A stretch of 56,361 bases of DNA from NCBI GenBank assembly GCA_034189385.1, contig JAXHVD010000027.1, positions 1 through 56,361 on the forward strand, written 5' to 3'. The notes beneath the pieces were generated by a model, which was not told where the DNA came from, did no database searches, and worked only from the letters and a program-made list of their open reading frames with translations. Source of the stretch: Thermodesulfobacteriota bacterium (GTDB taxonomy: Bacteria > Desulfobacterota > Desulfobacteria > Desulfobacterales > C00003060). Made by a program: the position numbers and the translations under genes. Of this stretch, positions 29,785 through 40,444 are shown piece after piece. How positions within the stretch are numbered: position 1 is the first letter of the stretch; the number at the start of each line of letters is the position of its first letter.

Positions 29785-32700
29785 TTACCCAACACGCCTC
29801 TTTAGCATATAGGCTCCGGCCAAAAGTCCGACCATCACAATCAACAGATGGGCGGCACAACCAGAAGTGATAGGAGGCTGAGTGCCCTGCCCGGATGAGA
29901 ATCCAGAGACCGCTGTTTGAACGAAGCAGTTGTCGTCGTGATCATTTTTGGTTTTAAAAGTCATATCGTCTCCGTAGGCTGTCCCAGCGCTATTCATAGC
30001 CACCAGGCGGAAGTGATAAACCGTGTTGTCACTCAGTTTTGTTATCTTCACACTGAGGGAGACGTCATCGACCCCTGACCCTGCATCTGTCTGAGGCGTG
30101 GACTTGCCATATTGAGTGTCTTTTCCGTATTCGAAGTAATAGCCCGTAGTCAGCCCATTGGGATTTACCGTTCCCGTGAGAGTAGCAGTCTTTGATCCCA
30201 ACTTTTCTGCTGATCCTGTCGTTACTGCGGGCGCTCCTCCACCTCCCACGCCGAACACGGAGGCATGCCTGAGCCAGAAGCTTACCAATCCGTTCAGATG
30301 GTCTTCGTAGGCGATGTCCTCCACGGGAACACTTGTCACGTCGATCCCATTTCTGAGGTCATCGGCCGTGTCCGCATAGTAAATGGTCGCTATGCCCGCC
30401 TGAAAGTCCCCAGGATTAACGTCGCTTGTGTCAAAAGGAATGGTGACTTGAATGGGGTTACTGGGGTCGATGGCTGCACCTGTGATAACAACCTCCACGA
30501 GTGCCAAGGAATTTCTGGTAAATGGTGTCTCGGGGCCCACATCGATGTTGCAGAGGAGATCGATCTGAGCGGTTCCGTCCAGGGCACCTGCCGGAATGTC
30601 GATGAGGCACTGCCCTGAGATGAGGGTGCCGCCTTCGGTGCCCACATCATCGCCTGAGCCCAGTGACGTCAATACGAAGTCGGGGTTAACGAGAATCTCT
30701 TGGGTCTTTGCCGCATATCCTGGAGCGGTTGCCCTAGCAAATAAATCAGTGGTCGCTCCGTTCTGCTTGGTCAAATGGAGATCACTGCCTCCCGTACAGG
30801 TAACACCGCCTCCGGTCCAGGTCCATGTCCATTCCCCATAACCCTCGGTGCTGGATATCAGGGTAAAAGTGAGGGTCTCCGTGGCTATCCCACCATCATC
30901 TATATATGTTGTAGAGAGTTCGTAGTCTGAGCCAGTGGCAATGCCTCTGTACGTCGGTCCATCATCCACGACTATTGTCACTGCGTTGGCGTTTTGTGTC
31001 AATGTGGCCGTGCCTGTATCATCCTCTTCTGGCGGGCAGCCCTGTGCCGTATTATTCGTCGTTTCGTAATACCATGTTCCACTTGGATCGTTTTCAGAGT
31101 CCACCTCTTCAGCCAAAGAGAGGTCGTACGCGCCATCAGCGTCCGTATAGGCCAGGCAGGTCTGTTCACCTGATGTGCACTCTACCACGGCCCCTTGGAT
31201 GGGCTCTCCTTCTCCCACCGTATTTTTGACTGTTCCACTTACAGACGAAACAGCTTCAGTAAGCTCTATGGTCTCACCGTTTTCCAGGTCCCAGCCTTCC
31301 GTGGACAGATCCGAGCGGGACAGATAGTTTTCAGCCCAGATCACGACGTCATACTCTGAACCTGTCACCGCCGGCGAAGGAAGTGAAGCGGCAAATCCTC
31401 CGGCAACGCCAGTGGAGATCGGCTCACCTTGGATGGCATCCCCTAGCTTGAAGAGAACATGAGCGTCCCGGATCGGCAGGGGCGAGTCCATCCTCTGCAC
31501 CTTTCCGTTGTATGTCACTGAAGGTAACACACGGATCCACCCTGTGGTGGCAACGTTCAGACCGTTTGATGCAGTCAAGTCTGAATCGCCGCTGACCGTT
31601 GCCCTGAGCTGGAACCGCTTGGCCTCCGTCACGTTGGCCCCTGTCAGCATGAGGGTGGCTTCAGAGTCACCTAAGAACCTGATGGGAAGAGGAGGGACAA
31701 AGGAGGCATACCGGTCCATGTCTTCTGTTGGGACCACATTCAGATCCTGGTCGAGAAACTCCACAGTGGAGATTCTGGCAGCCGGGTCGGTGACGGGATT
31801 AGGCCCGGCCACACGGGCGCCGGCAAGAGCGAGGTCAAATGTGTCTCCTCCCAAGATGTTCATGGATTGGGGGGTAAACGTCATGGGAACAAAGATGACG
31901 AAGCTATCGCTGAAGAAGTTCCCGTCTGCTCCTGTCACCATGTAAGGACCAGCAAAGGCTCCACCGCTTGGCGGTGTCAAGGCATAGGAATCACCTACTT
32001 GGACATCAACGATGGCGCCGCTGGAGGTTGTCGTGGTCCAGGTGTACGTTCCATCACCCCCCTCAATCGCGAAAACCTTGGAGGTGCGACCGGCCTCTAC
32101 AATGAGGGGTTCAGTGGGCTTGTCTGGGATCACGACCGGTTCGAAGACATTGATGGTGGCCTCTGATTCGCTCGATTCTACTGGGCTACTGTCGGTGACC
32201 GTGATGACAATGCCGATCGTTTCCGTTCCGGGGGCCGTGAACACGACTCTTTCGTCCTCCGTTTGGGTGGTTGATTTGTCAATCTCACCACCGCCATTGA
32301 CGTTCCAGGTGTAGGGTGGCACCCCTCCTGCCACGTTGAATTCCTGCGTGTCGTTTAACAGGAGGGCGAGCGGTTCCTTAGGCTCGATGTTGAAGGGAAG
32401 ACGGGTTATCACGACCACCGCGCCTGGAGCAAGGGGACCCTGAGTGCCTGTTGCATTGGCCGTGCAGGCAATGGCACCGCCCGTGGGATGTACATTAGAT
32501 ACAATGACAATTGTGGCCACCCCATTTGTGGCAACGACCGGATTCGTCTCTCCGACTCTGATATCGCCGTAGGTCGGGTCTGTGACGTTGAAGAAGACCT
32601 CTAACGTGGAATCTGGACCGGCGGTGACGACACGGTCATCCCCATCCAGAATGGTTGCTGTGAGCGTGGACTCTGAAGGCGTCTGGGAGGAAATACGAGT

Positions 32701-33270
32701 GGGATCTGCCTCTAGTACAATCTTGGTCGCTGCGGGGATGGTAACGTTGATGACCGAATCTGTCGAACTGGTCGCATACCCACCTGCGCTGTTGGAAAAG
32801 GACACGTTGACCGGGGTAAGTCCTCCGCTTGCAGACCCATGCACCAAGAATCCTAATTGCACCAACTCAAGTGGCAGGGTTGCATTGGGCCAGTTCCCCG
32901 CAGGGGAAAACCACCTGATGGTAACGTATTTGTCCGTGCGAGGGTCATCATCTAAGTCCAGGATAGGGAGGTCGTTTCGGACGTTGTCCTCTACCAGTAT
33001 CAAGCCAGTCTGCAAGACGTTGCTGTATCCTGTGAACTGGAGCTGACTTGAATCGAAGTGAAACCTCACGCCGAGCCCTGTCAGCGTATTGTCGCCGTCA
33101 TCCACCTCATAAAAAGCAGAGAGGGTGAAACTGCTCTCCACTGGTTGATTCGCAGTGGTTGGCGAGAGCGTTACAGACTGCTCAGCAGCAAAACCGTATC
33201 CGCCCCCTGTTCCTATGAGGAGCGCCACGGTGACCACAGATAGCAATAAGCTACGGAGTTCTGTTCTCAT
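29785..33270 (-). CDS. large secreted/surface protein: cohesin-like, Ig-like, carboxypeptidase-regulatory-like and FN3-like domains; CFVQTA, TM and basic tail
   Basis: Signal peptide; LTGLGVRFHFDSSQL; PAVTTG...TVNPNG...YYFEYG; hydrophobic C-terminus ending KRRVG. Confidence 0.85.
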   Translation of the reverse strand: MRTELRSLLLSVVTVALLIGTGGGYGFAAEQSVTLSPTTANQPVESSFTLSAFYEVDDGDNTLTGLGVRFHFDSSQLQFTGYSNVLQTGLILVEDNVRNDLPILDLDDDPRTDKYVTIRWFSPAGNWPNATLPLELVQLGFLVHGSASGGLTPVNVSFSNSAGGYATSSTDSVINVTIPAATKIVLEADPTRISSQTPSESTLTATILDGDDRVVTAGPDSTLEVFFNVTDPTYGDIRVGETNPVVATNGVATIVIVSNVHPTGGAIACTANATGTQGPLAPGAVVVITRLPFNIEPKEPLALLLNDTQEFNVAGGVPPYTWNVNGGGEIDKSTTQTEDERVVFTAPGTETIGIVITVTDSSPVESSESEATINVFEPVVIPDKPTEPLIVEAGRTSKVFAIEGGDGTYTWTTTTSSGAIVDVQVGDSYALTPPSGGAFAGPYMVTGADGNFFSDSFVIFVPMTFTPQSMNILGGDTFDLALAGARVAGPNPVTDPAARISTVEFLDQDLNVVPTEDMDRYASFVPPLPIRFLGDSEATLMLTGANVTEAKRFQLRATVSGDSDLTASNGLNVATTGWIRVLPSVTYNGKVQRMDSPLPIRDAHVLFKLGDAIQGEPISTGVAGGFAASLPSPAVTGSEYDVVIWAENYLSRSDLSTEGWDLENGETIELTEAVSSVSGTVKNTVGEGEPIQGAVVECTSGEQTCLAYTDADGAYDLSLAEEVDSENDPSGTWYYETTNNTAQGCPPEEDDTGTATLTQNANAVTIVVDDGPTYRGIATGSDYELSTTYIDDGGIATETLTFTLISSTEGYGEWTWTWTGGGVTCTGGSDLHLTKQNGATTDLFARATAPGYAAKTQEILVNPDFVLTSLGSGDDVGTEGGTLISGQCLIDIPAGALDGTAQIDLLCNIDVGPETPFTRNSLALVEVVITGAAIDPSNPIQVTIPFDTSDVNPGDFQAGIATIYYADTADDLRNGIDVTSVPVEDIAYEDHLNGLVSFWLRHASVFGVGGGGAPAVTTGSAEKLGSKTATLTGTVNPNGLTTGYYFEYGKDTQYGKSTPQTDAGSGVDDVSLSVKITKLSDNTVYHFRLVAMNSAGTAYGDDMTFKTKNDHDDNCFVQTAVSGFSSGQGTQPPITSGCAAHLLIVMVGLLAGAYMLKRRVG

Positions 33271-33356
33271 TTTGTTCCCCCTTTTTTGTTGTGATTCGAC
33301 GTTCGTCCCTCCAGCTCTGGAGAGATCATCTCCTTACAGACAGTTGCACCCTTCAT

Positions 33357-36300
33357 CTAAGACCGTCGCAACCTTATGGATGCCCCCACCACAAGACCGA
33401 GCATGACGATCACGGGTAGTGCCTTATGGGCAAAAGTAGCCGGAGGCGGAACACGTTGCTCAAGAGACAAACCAGAGGCTGCTGTTTGAATGAAACAGGT
33501 ATCGTCGTCATCATCTCTTGTCTTGAAGGTCATATCCTTCCCGTAGGTGACCCCCGTGCTGTTCATGGCTACCAGACGGAAGTGATAGACAGTGTCGTCC
33601 TTCAGCTTTACGATTCCGACCTTTACTTCAACATGATCACTTCCTGATCCTCCATCAGCTTCCTGTGTAGACTTGCCGTAGTTTGTGTCCTTGCCGTACT
33701 CAAAATAGTAAGTCGTGGCTAGGCCATTGGGATTGAGGATTCCTGTCAATGTGGCCGTGCTTTCCCCCACCGATGTTGCAGGGCCTGTCGTCACGGCGGG
33801 TCCTCCGCTACCTCCGACTCCGAACACGGAAGCATGGGTGAGCCAGAAGCTTACCAGTCCGTTCAGATGGTCTTCATAGACGATATCTTCAGTGGGCACA
33901 CGGTTCACATTCGTTCCATTTCTGAGGTCCTCCACAGTCTCGGCATAGTTAATGGTAGCCATCCCTGCCATGAAGTCCCCAGGGTTCACATCGGTGGTAT
34001 CAAAGGGAATGGTAACCTGAATGGGGTTATTGGGGACGATATTTGCCCCGGTCACAGTGATTTCCACCAATGCTACAGAGTTCTCGGTGTAGGGGGACTC
34101 AGTCCCCACATCGATGTCACAATCGATCTGGATCACCGCAGTGCCGTCCAAGGCCCCTGCTGGAATGTCGATGGTGCAGTCGCCGGAAGTCAGGGCGCCA
34201 CCTCCAAGGCCCACTTCATCGCCCGAGCCTAGGGCGGTCAACACGAAGTCGGCATCATCTAGGATATCTTGTCTCACTGAAGTATATCCTAGGGCGCTTG
34301 CCGTGGCAAAGATCTCCGTGAGCCCACCCCCGTCTTGCTTGGTCAAAGTGAGGTCACTTTCCCCACTGCATGTGACGCCATCGTCCCTGCAAGACCAGGC
34401 TAAGGTGCCCGAGCCTTCCGTACCGGATAATGAAAGGGTGAAATCGACGGTCTCCGTGCATGTCTCTGCACCATCCGTGTATGAAGTGGTGAGATGATAG
34501 GCTGAGCCATCAACCGTCCCAGTGAACGTAGGGCCATCGTCAACGACGATGGTGACATTATTACCCTCTTCGGTCATCGTCGCAGTGCCCGCATCGTCGT
34601 CCTCAGGTTCGCAGGGATCGGCATAGTGATTTGTCGTTTGGTAAGTCCATGTGGTCGTTTCACTGTCTCCAGCGTCGAGTTCCGGCACGTAAAGCGCGTA
34701 ATCGCCATTGTTGTCGGTGTAAGCTAAGCACGTCTGTTCACTTACTTCACAGGCAAGCCGGGCTTGTTGGATGGCCCCTCCTGCGACATCGTTATGGACG
34801 GTTCCAGTTATAGATGAGACCGCTTCAGTGAGCTCTATGGTTTCGCCAGCTACCATGTCCCAGCCCCCCGTGGTCATGCCGGTGCTGGACACATAACCGT
34901 CAGCCAAAACCTCGACGTCATACTCAGGACCCCCAGGAGCAGGGGAGGGAAGTGAAGCAGAAAAGCCTCCGCTTTCGCCCGTGAGGACAGGTTCCCCCTG
35001 GATGGCCTCTCCAAGCTTAAAGATGACAACAGCCGTCTCAATGGGTGATCCTGTGGCCGCCTCTTGTACGATGCCGCTGTAGGTCAGTTCCGGAAGGACA
35101 CGGATCCAACCTGTGGTGGCCATGTTCAAACCGTTTTCTTCCGTCAAATCCGCATCGCCGGTGACCGTTGCCCTGAATTGGAATCTCATTGCCGCCGTTA
35201 CATCGGCGCCCGTCACTGTAATGACAGCCTCAGAGTTTTCGTCAAAGTCAATGGGAAGATCAGGGGCGAACGTGGCGTAGTCGGCCATTCCCTCTGTGGC
35301 CACGACGTTCAGATCCTCGTCAAGAAATACGGCACCGGAGATCTGGGCACTGTCGGAATCGGCGCCTGCGAGAGTGAGGCCGAATGCTTCACCACCCAAG
35401 ATGTTCATGGATTGGGGTGTGAATGCCATTGGCACATAGACATCAAAAGTGTCGCTGAACTGGTTTCCGTCTCCCACCGTGATGGTGTACATGCCGGCAA
35501 AGGGACCGTCCATTGGGGCCGTGAAGGCATAGGAAGGGCCTTCCTGCACGTCAACAGGCGTGCCACCAGCGTCCGTGGCAGTCCAGACATAGTTTTCGTC
35601 CCAGCCTCCAACGGTGAAGGTCACAGAGCTGTCCCCGGCTTTTACGATAGGCGGCTCGGTCGGCTTGTCAGGGATGGCAACAGGGTCGTAGACATGGATG
35701 GTGGCCTTCGAGCCGATTTGGTTGGCGTCAGTGACCGTGAGAGTCATGTTCAGGATCTCTTGCTCAGGCGCGGTGAATGTCACCTTTTCATCGGCCCTTT
35801 GAGTCGTTGTCTTATCAAGGGAACCTCCGCCTTCCACACCCCAGGTGTAGGGTGGAGCACCTCCAACGATACTAAACTCCTGCGTTTCGTTTACGAGCAG
35901 GGCAATCGGTCCTTGAGGTACAATGGCAAAGGGGGCCGTTTCTACGATCACTGTGCCTTGGTCAAGGAGTTCTTGCCCTTGAGCGCCTGTGGCATCGGCT
36001 GTGCATAGAACCTCGCCGCCTTCATCATCCAACTTGGATACAATCATGATGGTCGCCACGCCGTTGGCGGCAACAGCCGGATTCGCGTCGCCGACCTTGA
36101 TGTCCCCAAGAGCAGTGGGTGTAGCAATAAAGAAAACCTCCAGTGTGGAATCTGGCCCGTTGGTTACGGCGTAGCCGTAGTCATCCATGATAGTTGCCGT
36201 AAGGGTGGACTCTGACGGCGTCATGGAGGAGATGCGGGAAGGATTTGCTTCCAGAACAATGTTTGTGGCTATGTGGTACACGGTAATGGTTCCCGCGTCC

Positions 36301-37904
36301 ACAGATTGTGCCGAGACCACAACGACTGGAGCTGGGGCCTTGCCTGCCGGCTCACGATCTGGGGTGCTCACAAGATCCAGCTTTGCGCCTATGTAGTAAG
36401 TCCCAGGAGGGACGTCGGCTATTTCAAAGCCGCCAGGAGCATCCTGCGTAGTCTCTGCAACGAGGTTTTCCAACTTCTCATCGCTATAGGCACCAATATC
36501 AAAGGTGCCCGTGGCGTTGCCGTCGTAGGCAACCGTACCTGTAATGGAGCCGGGAGGGAAGGTGGCGGTGATGGTTGAGCCGTTTCCGGCAAATTCATAA
36601 CCAATATCTCCGGTGACCTGTGATACATTAACCAAGGTTTGACCTGCAGCCGCCTGTGCCTTTACAGTGAATTGTAGGGTGACAAGATCCAATGGAAGGG
36701 GCTCGCTTGGCCAGCTTTGACCCACAAGATCTGGGTAGTGTATTAATATGAAGCTGTCCGTGCAGGCATCGTTGTCATGGTTGGAGGTATCGTCATGGAC
36801 TTCAGGGTCCCCCGATTTGTCAGTCTCAAAGAAATCCTGGAAGGCAATGTAGTCAAGCTTGGTCGAATCAAAGTGAACCCGCACACCAAAAGAGGAAAGG
36901 GTGTTGTCGCCGTCACTCACATCGTACTTAACAGTGAGAGCGATATCACTCCCCGGCAGGGCAGGCAGGACCTTTGGAGCCATGGAGGCTACCTGGTAAG
37001 GCCCACGATCATCTGTCGCAGGATCGTAGTGGGGCAAAGCATAAGCCCCGTCATCCACCACTGGGTCTGTATTGTTTTGGCTGGGTTGTTCATATCGATC
37101 CAAATAGCCGTCCTGATCGAAGTCAGTGGTGTCATCGGCAGTATCCAAGTTGCCGAAATGCTGTATCTCCCAATCATTGTCAATAGAGTCATCGTCCAGC
37201 ACAAGGAGGACAAGGGACGATGGAGTAAAAGGGGTCGTGTCGCCGCCTAACAGGACGGGAAAGGCCTCAGACAGGTCATCCCAATGATCATCTTCGTTGT
37301 CTACAGCCCCCACAAGTACGGGCACTGTGTCCTTCTCATCGACCCCGACGTCGTATTGGCCGTTGCTGTTATTGTCCGTGCCATACCCGGCCTTAAGATT
37401 CCACAACCCACTCTGGGTAAGTGAGAATTGAAAGTGACCAAAGGGGGCATTGTTTCTCACCGAAAACTTAACGGTAAAGAGAACGGTTTCTTGAGCCGAA
37501 TCATATCTGCTTCCGCCAGTAGGAGTATTGATGGCAGCACCGCTGAAATAGATCTTACCAGATTCCGATGCATTTTCCCGGTGGGTATGGTTGCTGTTGT
37601 AAGTAAAGGGGAAACTCGACACAATGTCTCCCTGGGTTACAGGGGTGCCTTGTGCGGTAGTATCTGGCCCATTGACAACATCGGCGGGATACATGAGTGT
37701 GAAGGCACAGCCGGCCACACCTGTTGGGTCGTCCAGGAGAATGTGAAGGTAGAGGTCATCGCCTCGCTGAAATCCTGTCTTCGGTGTTGATCCATCACTT
37801 GTGGCCAGGAGAGACAAGTTGTAGCCAGCCGAGGCAAATGAGAATATGCCAAAGACCGCAAGAAACACAATTAAGCATGCAAGCATGAACTGCCTGTGCT
37901 TCAT
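33357..37904 (-). CDS. large secreted/surface protein, paralogue of 29785-33270, with two cohesin-like domains and an Asp-rich Ca-binding segment
   Basis: GVAGCAFTLMYP and SSFGVRVHFDSTKL; DWEIQHFGNL...DFDQDGYLD; CFIQTA, TM and RLRRS. Confidence 0.85.
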   Translation of the reverse strand: MKHRQFMLACLIVFLAVFGIFSFASAGYNLSLLATSDGSTPKTGFQRGDDLYLHILLDDPTGVAGCAFTLMYPADVVNGPDTTAQGTPVTQGDIVSSFPFTYNSNHTHRENASESGKIYFSGAAINTPTGGSRYDSAQETVLFTVKFSVRNNAPFGHFQFSLTQSGLWNLKAGYGTDNNSNGQYDVGVDEKDTVPVLVGAVDNEDDHWDDLSEAFPVLLGGDTTPFTPSSLVLLVLDDDSIDNDWEIQHFGNLDTADDTTDFDQDGYLDRYEQPSQNNTDPVVDDGAYALPHYDPATDDRGPYQVASMAPKVLPALPGSDIALTVKYDVSDGDNTLSSFGVRVHFDSTKLDYIAFQDFFETDKSGDPEVHDDTSNHDNDACTDSFILIHYPDLVGQSWPSEPLPLDLVTLQFTVKAQAAAGQTLVNVSQVTGDIGYEFAGNGSTITATFPPGSITGTVAYDGNATGTFDIGAYSDEKLENLVAETTQDAPGGFEIADVPPGTYYIGAKLDLVSTPDREPAGKAPAPVVVVSAQSVDAGTITVYHIATNIVLEANPSRISSMTPSESTLTATIMDDYGYAVTNGPDSTLEVFFIATPTALGDIKVGDANPAVAANGVATIMIVSKLDDEGGEVLCTADATGAQGQELLDQGTVIVETAPFAIVPQGPIALLVNETQEFSIVGGAPPYTWGVEGGGSLDKTTTQRADEKVTFTAPEQEILNMTLTVTDANQIGSKATIHVYDPVAIPDKPTEPPIVKAGDSSVTFTVGGWDENYVWTATDAGGTPVDVQEGPSYAFTAPMDGPFAGMYTITVGDGNQFSDTFDVYVPMAFTPQSMNILGGEAFGLTLAGADSDSAQISGAVFLDEDLNVVATEGMADYATFAPDLPIDFDENSEAVITVTGADVTAAMRFQFRATVTGDADLTEENGLNMATTGWIRVLPELTYSGIVQEAATGSPIETAVVIFKLGEAIQGEPVLTGESGGFSASLPSPAPGGPEYDVEVLADGYVSSTGMTTGGWDMVAGETIELTEAVSSITGTVHNDVAGGAIQQARLACEVSEQTCLAYTDNNGDYALYVPELDAGDSETTTWTYQTTNHYADPCEPEDDDAGTATMTEEGNNVTIVVDDGPTFTGTVDGSAYHLTTSYTDGAETCTETVDFTLSLSGTEGSGTLAWSCRDDGVTCSGESDLTLTKQDGGGLTEIFATASALGYTSVRQDILDDADFVLTALGSGDEVGLGGGALTSGDCTIDIPAGALDGTAVIQIDCDIDVGTESPYTENSVALVEITVTGANIVPNNPIQVTIPFDTTDVNPGDFMAGMATINYAETVEDLRNGTNVNRVPTEDIVYEDHLNGLVSFWLTHASVFGVGGSGGPAVTTGPATSVGESTATLTGILNPNGLATTYYFEYGKDTNYGKSTQEADGGSGSDHVEVKVGIVKLKDDTVYHFRLVAMNSTGVTYGKDMTFKTRDDDDDTCFIQTAASGLSLEQRVPPPATFAHKALPVIVMLGLVVGASIRLRRS

Positions 37905-37998
37905 CGTCTGCCTCCTAAAAGGAATATCTGGTTTGGAGAAGAGTCATTTTTTACTCTTCTTCTGATGATTGCTTGGTCAGTGTGGTTTGACAGCAGAC

Positions 37999-38412
37999 TC
38001 AGACAGCTCTGGGAGGGGGTGAAACAGGTTCTGGTTCAGCTGATTCACTATAGAAGGGTGCTTCAGGTACTTCAGACTCAATATCTGGTAGTGCCGACCC
38101 GTTGCATGAGGATGCAAGATAGGGAAGTGTTGGAGAGGAACAACTGCTTCCTGATTGAACGTCCTTTGCTGGAGTAATCACCGTCTTTAAACCGGCCAGC
38201 TGTTGTAAGGTCGAAAGGAGCGCTGTAACACTGGCTGTAAAGGCTGAAGGATCTTGAGCAGTGTGTGTAAAGTCCTTCATGAGCACGATGGCATCTTCCA
38301 GGTCCATCCTGCCGTTGGTTGAAGGGTCATCTCTCCACATGGCCATGCTGAGCCACGAGGTCATCAGCAAGGGAAGAAGCAGTACAGAGATACATCGCTT
38401 CAACGTCATCAT
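37999..38412 (-). CDS. small secreted protein with one dockerin/EF-hand-like loop
   Basis: Signal peptide, DPSTNGRMDLEDAIVLMK...LQQLAG, C-terminal PPPR. Confidence 0.65.
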   Translation of the reverse strand: MMTLKRCISVLLLPLLMTSWLSMAMWRDDPSTNGRMDLEDAIVLMKDFTHTAQDPSAFTASVTALLSTLQQLAGLKTVITPAKDVQSGSSCSSPTLPYLASSCNGSALPDIESEVPEAPFYSESAEPEPVSPPPRAV

Positions 38413-38566
38413 ACTATTAATAAAGCACATCTTTGTATTAAATGCAAGGACTTACGGATTTGGCACTCCTTTTAGCAGCAGCATTTTACCACCTCCATGC
38501 GTGGCGCACGGGGCCTTTCCTACTAAAAAGGCAATAAATTAAATGGGTTTTAGGTGGCCGGAGCAA

Positions 38567-39091
38567 TCACTCGCCCTGCGACACTTCTTCGTGAATAAGA
38601 GGTTGTTTGCGATGGGGAGAAATCTTCAAGGGATGTATTTTTATATCGCACGTGATATTTTTGAGTTGATCCGTCATGAGTTCCATTTCAGTAAGAGCTG
38701 GTTGCGTCGTCATACTTTTCGTCAGCCCTTTTTGAACGCTAAAAGTAAGCGTCAAGATGGGAAAGGCTTTGCCCGTTATGCCTTTGGCACCTGCCATGAC
38801 GATAATCAACCTGCCCGGGTTTCTGTCATTAATGACATGCATGAAGCAATCTGTGTGCCTTGTCCTAGCTCCCTTTTGGAAGGAAAGGATCTTCGGATCA
38901 TATTCCATGACCAGTTTTACACCAGCTAGATTGTCTACACGGTCAATCATGATGGGAATGTCAACAGACTCACCGGATGTTCCCTTTATTTCCGGGACGT
39001 AGACCACAGCCGCCCGGGATGCGTCGGCTCCCAGCATGATGAGGGCTGCGCACAGCAACCAGGTGATCCATGTTCCAGGGGGCCAATTCAT
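38567..39091 (-). CDS. single cohesin-domain secreted protein
   Basis: Signal ending [39 protein letters not shown] overlap with the fbp stop. Confidence 0.85.
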   Translation of the reverse strand: MNWPPGTWITWLLCAALIMLGADASRAAVVYVPEIKGTSGESVDIPIMIDRVDNLAGVKLVMEYDPKILSFQKGARTRHTDCFMHVINDRNPGRLIIVMAGAKGITGKAFPILTLTFSVQKGLTKSMTTQPALTEMELMTDQLKNITCDIKIHPLKISPHRKQPLIHEEVSQGE

Positions 39092-40098
39092 ACCTTTCCC
39101 TGTACATACTCCTCCGCCAGCCTCACGTCCTCCTTGCTCCCGATAAACAGGGGCACCCTTTGATGGAGCCCTTGAGGTTCTATGTCCAGGATCGCCTCCT
39201 CCCCAGTGCTGGCATAGCCGCCCGCCTCCTTGACCACAAAGGCCAGCGGATTTGCCTCGCACATGAGACGAAGCTTGCCATGGGGTTTCTTGGGGTCTTT
39301 GGTGTCTGCCGGATACATGAAGATTCCGCCTTTTAGAAGGTTTCGGTGGAAGTCGGCAACCAAAGAGCCCACATATCGAGCGGTATAGGCTGGCTTCGTG
39401 TCAGGAGACTTGAAATGGTCCACCAGTCGTCTGACGCCATCTGTCCAGTATTGGTAGTACGATTCATTCACACTGAAGATTTTTCCCCGTTCAGGAATCC
39501 GGATGTTTTCATGGGAGAGCAAGAATTCTCCTATGCTCGGAAAGAGGGTGAAACCATGAACGCCTTGGCCCGTGGTGTAGACCATCATTGTGCTTGAGCC
39601 GTAAATGAAATAGCCCGCTGCAACCTGCCTGTGCCCAGATTGCAGCACATCACTTAATGTGGCGTCGTCTTCATTGCTTGTCTTGCGATGAATAGAGAAG
39701 ATCGTCCCAATGGTCACATTGACATCAATGTTGGAGGATCCATCCAGGGGATCGAAAATGAGGACGTATTTTCCCTTGGGGTAGTGTGAGGGAATTGGGA
39801 TGATGTCTGCATTTTCTTCAGACGCCATCACGCAGAGCTGGCCAACATGGCCCATCCTTTCTATGATGGTATCGTTGGCAAAGGTGTCGAGTTTCTGCAC
39901 ATCTTCTCCCTGGACATTTTGGCGGCCCGCGTAGCCCAGGATGTCTGCGATGCCCGCCTTGTTGACCTCTCTGGAGATGATCTTAGCGGCCACAATCATC
40001 TCTGACAGGAGTCGTGTAAAGGCACCTGTGGCCTCAGGGTTTTCTCGCTGTTTTTCCAGGATGTGCTCCGTAACCGTCATGCCGATGGATGATCTCAT
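39088..40098 (-). CDS. fbp: class 1 fructose-1,6-bisphosphatase
   Basis: [42 protein letters not shown]. Confidence 0.98.
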   Translation of the reverse strand: MRSSIGMTVTEHILEKQRENPEATGAFTRLLSEMIVAAKIISREVNKAGIADILGYAGRQNVQGEDVQKLDTFANDTIIERMGHVGQLCVMASEENADIIPIPSHYPKGKYVLIFDPLDGSSNIDVNVTIGTIFSIHRKTSNEDDATLSDVLQSGHRQVAAGYFIYGSSTMMVYTTGQGVHGFTLFPSIGEFLLSHENIRIPERGKIFSVNESYYQYWTDGVRRLVDHFKSPDTKPAYTARYVGSLVADFHRNLLKGGIFMYPADTKDPKKPHGKLRLMCEANPLAFVVKEAGGYASTGEEAILDIEPQGLHQRVPLFIGSKEDVRLAEEYVQGKV

Positions 40099-40444
40099 AG
40101 TCGCCTCCTCGCAAGCGAAAAAGTGTGCCGGCCTGTGTCCAGTGCTGAAACAATACTGGTCGAGCCCCTATGTGTCAAGACCGGACTGACCAACGATCTG
40201 GAGGGGTTGAGGCCCCCGTGTTTGGGCCTCTTAGAACTGGTTTAAGAGGCAGACGTCAGTGCCTAAGATTGGCTGTTTGGCCCCAATCAGGTCCTTGACT
40301 GTGTTTTCCATTGCTGTTAGTGTTTCAACGGTGCTTGAGGCCATGGGGCTATGGGCGAGATCACCTTTGGAGGGTTGGAGAGGATGGATGGGAGTCAACC
40401 GTCAACAAATAGGAAAAACCTATGAATCAATGGGAGGGGTTGCC

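Noticed and set aside
35064..36008. Long antisense ORFs (e.g. 35064-36008, 16926-17687, 41162-41854, 44478-45101, 45389-46060)
   Set aside because: They overlap well-supported genes on the other strand or frame and lack recognisable motifs.
37951..38001. TGA followed by VCC after the dockerin-like gene
   Set aside because: No SECIS-like stem, and PPPR is a natural C-terminal motif.
38460..38478. sigma54-like TTGGCAC...GC
   Set aside because: Spacing is GG-N11-GC and it faces away from the local genes.
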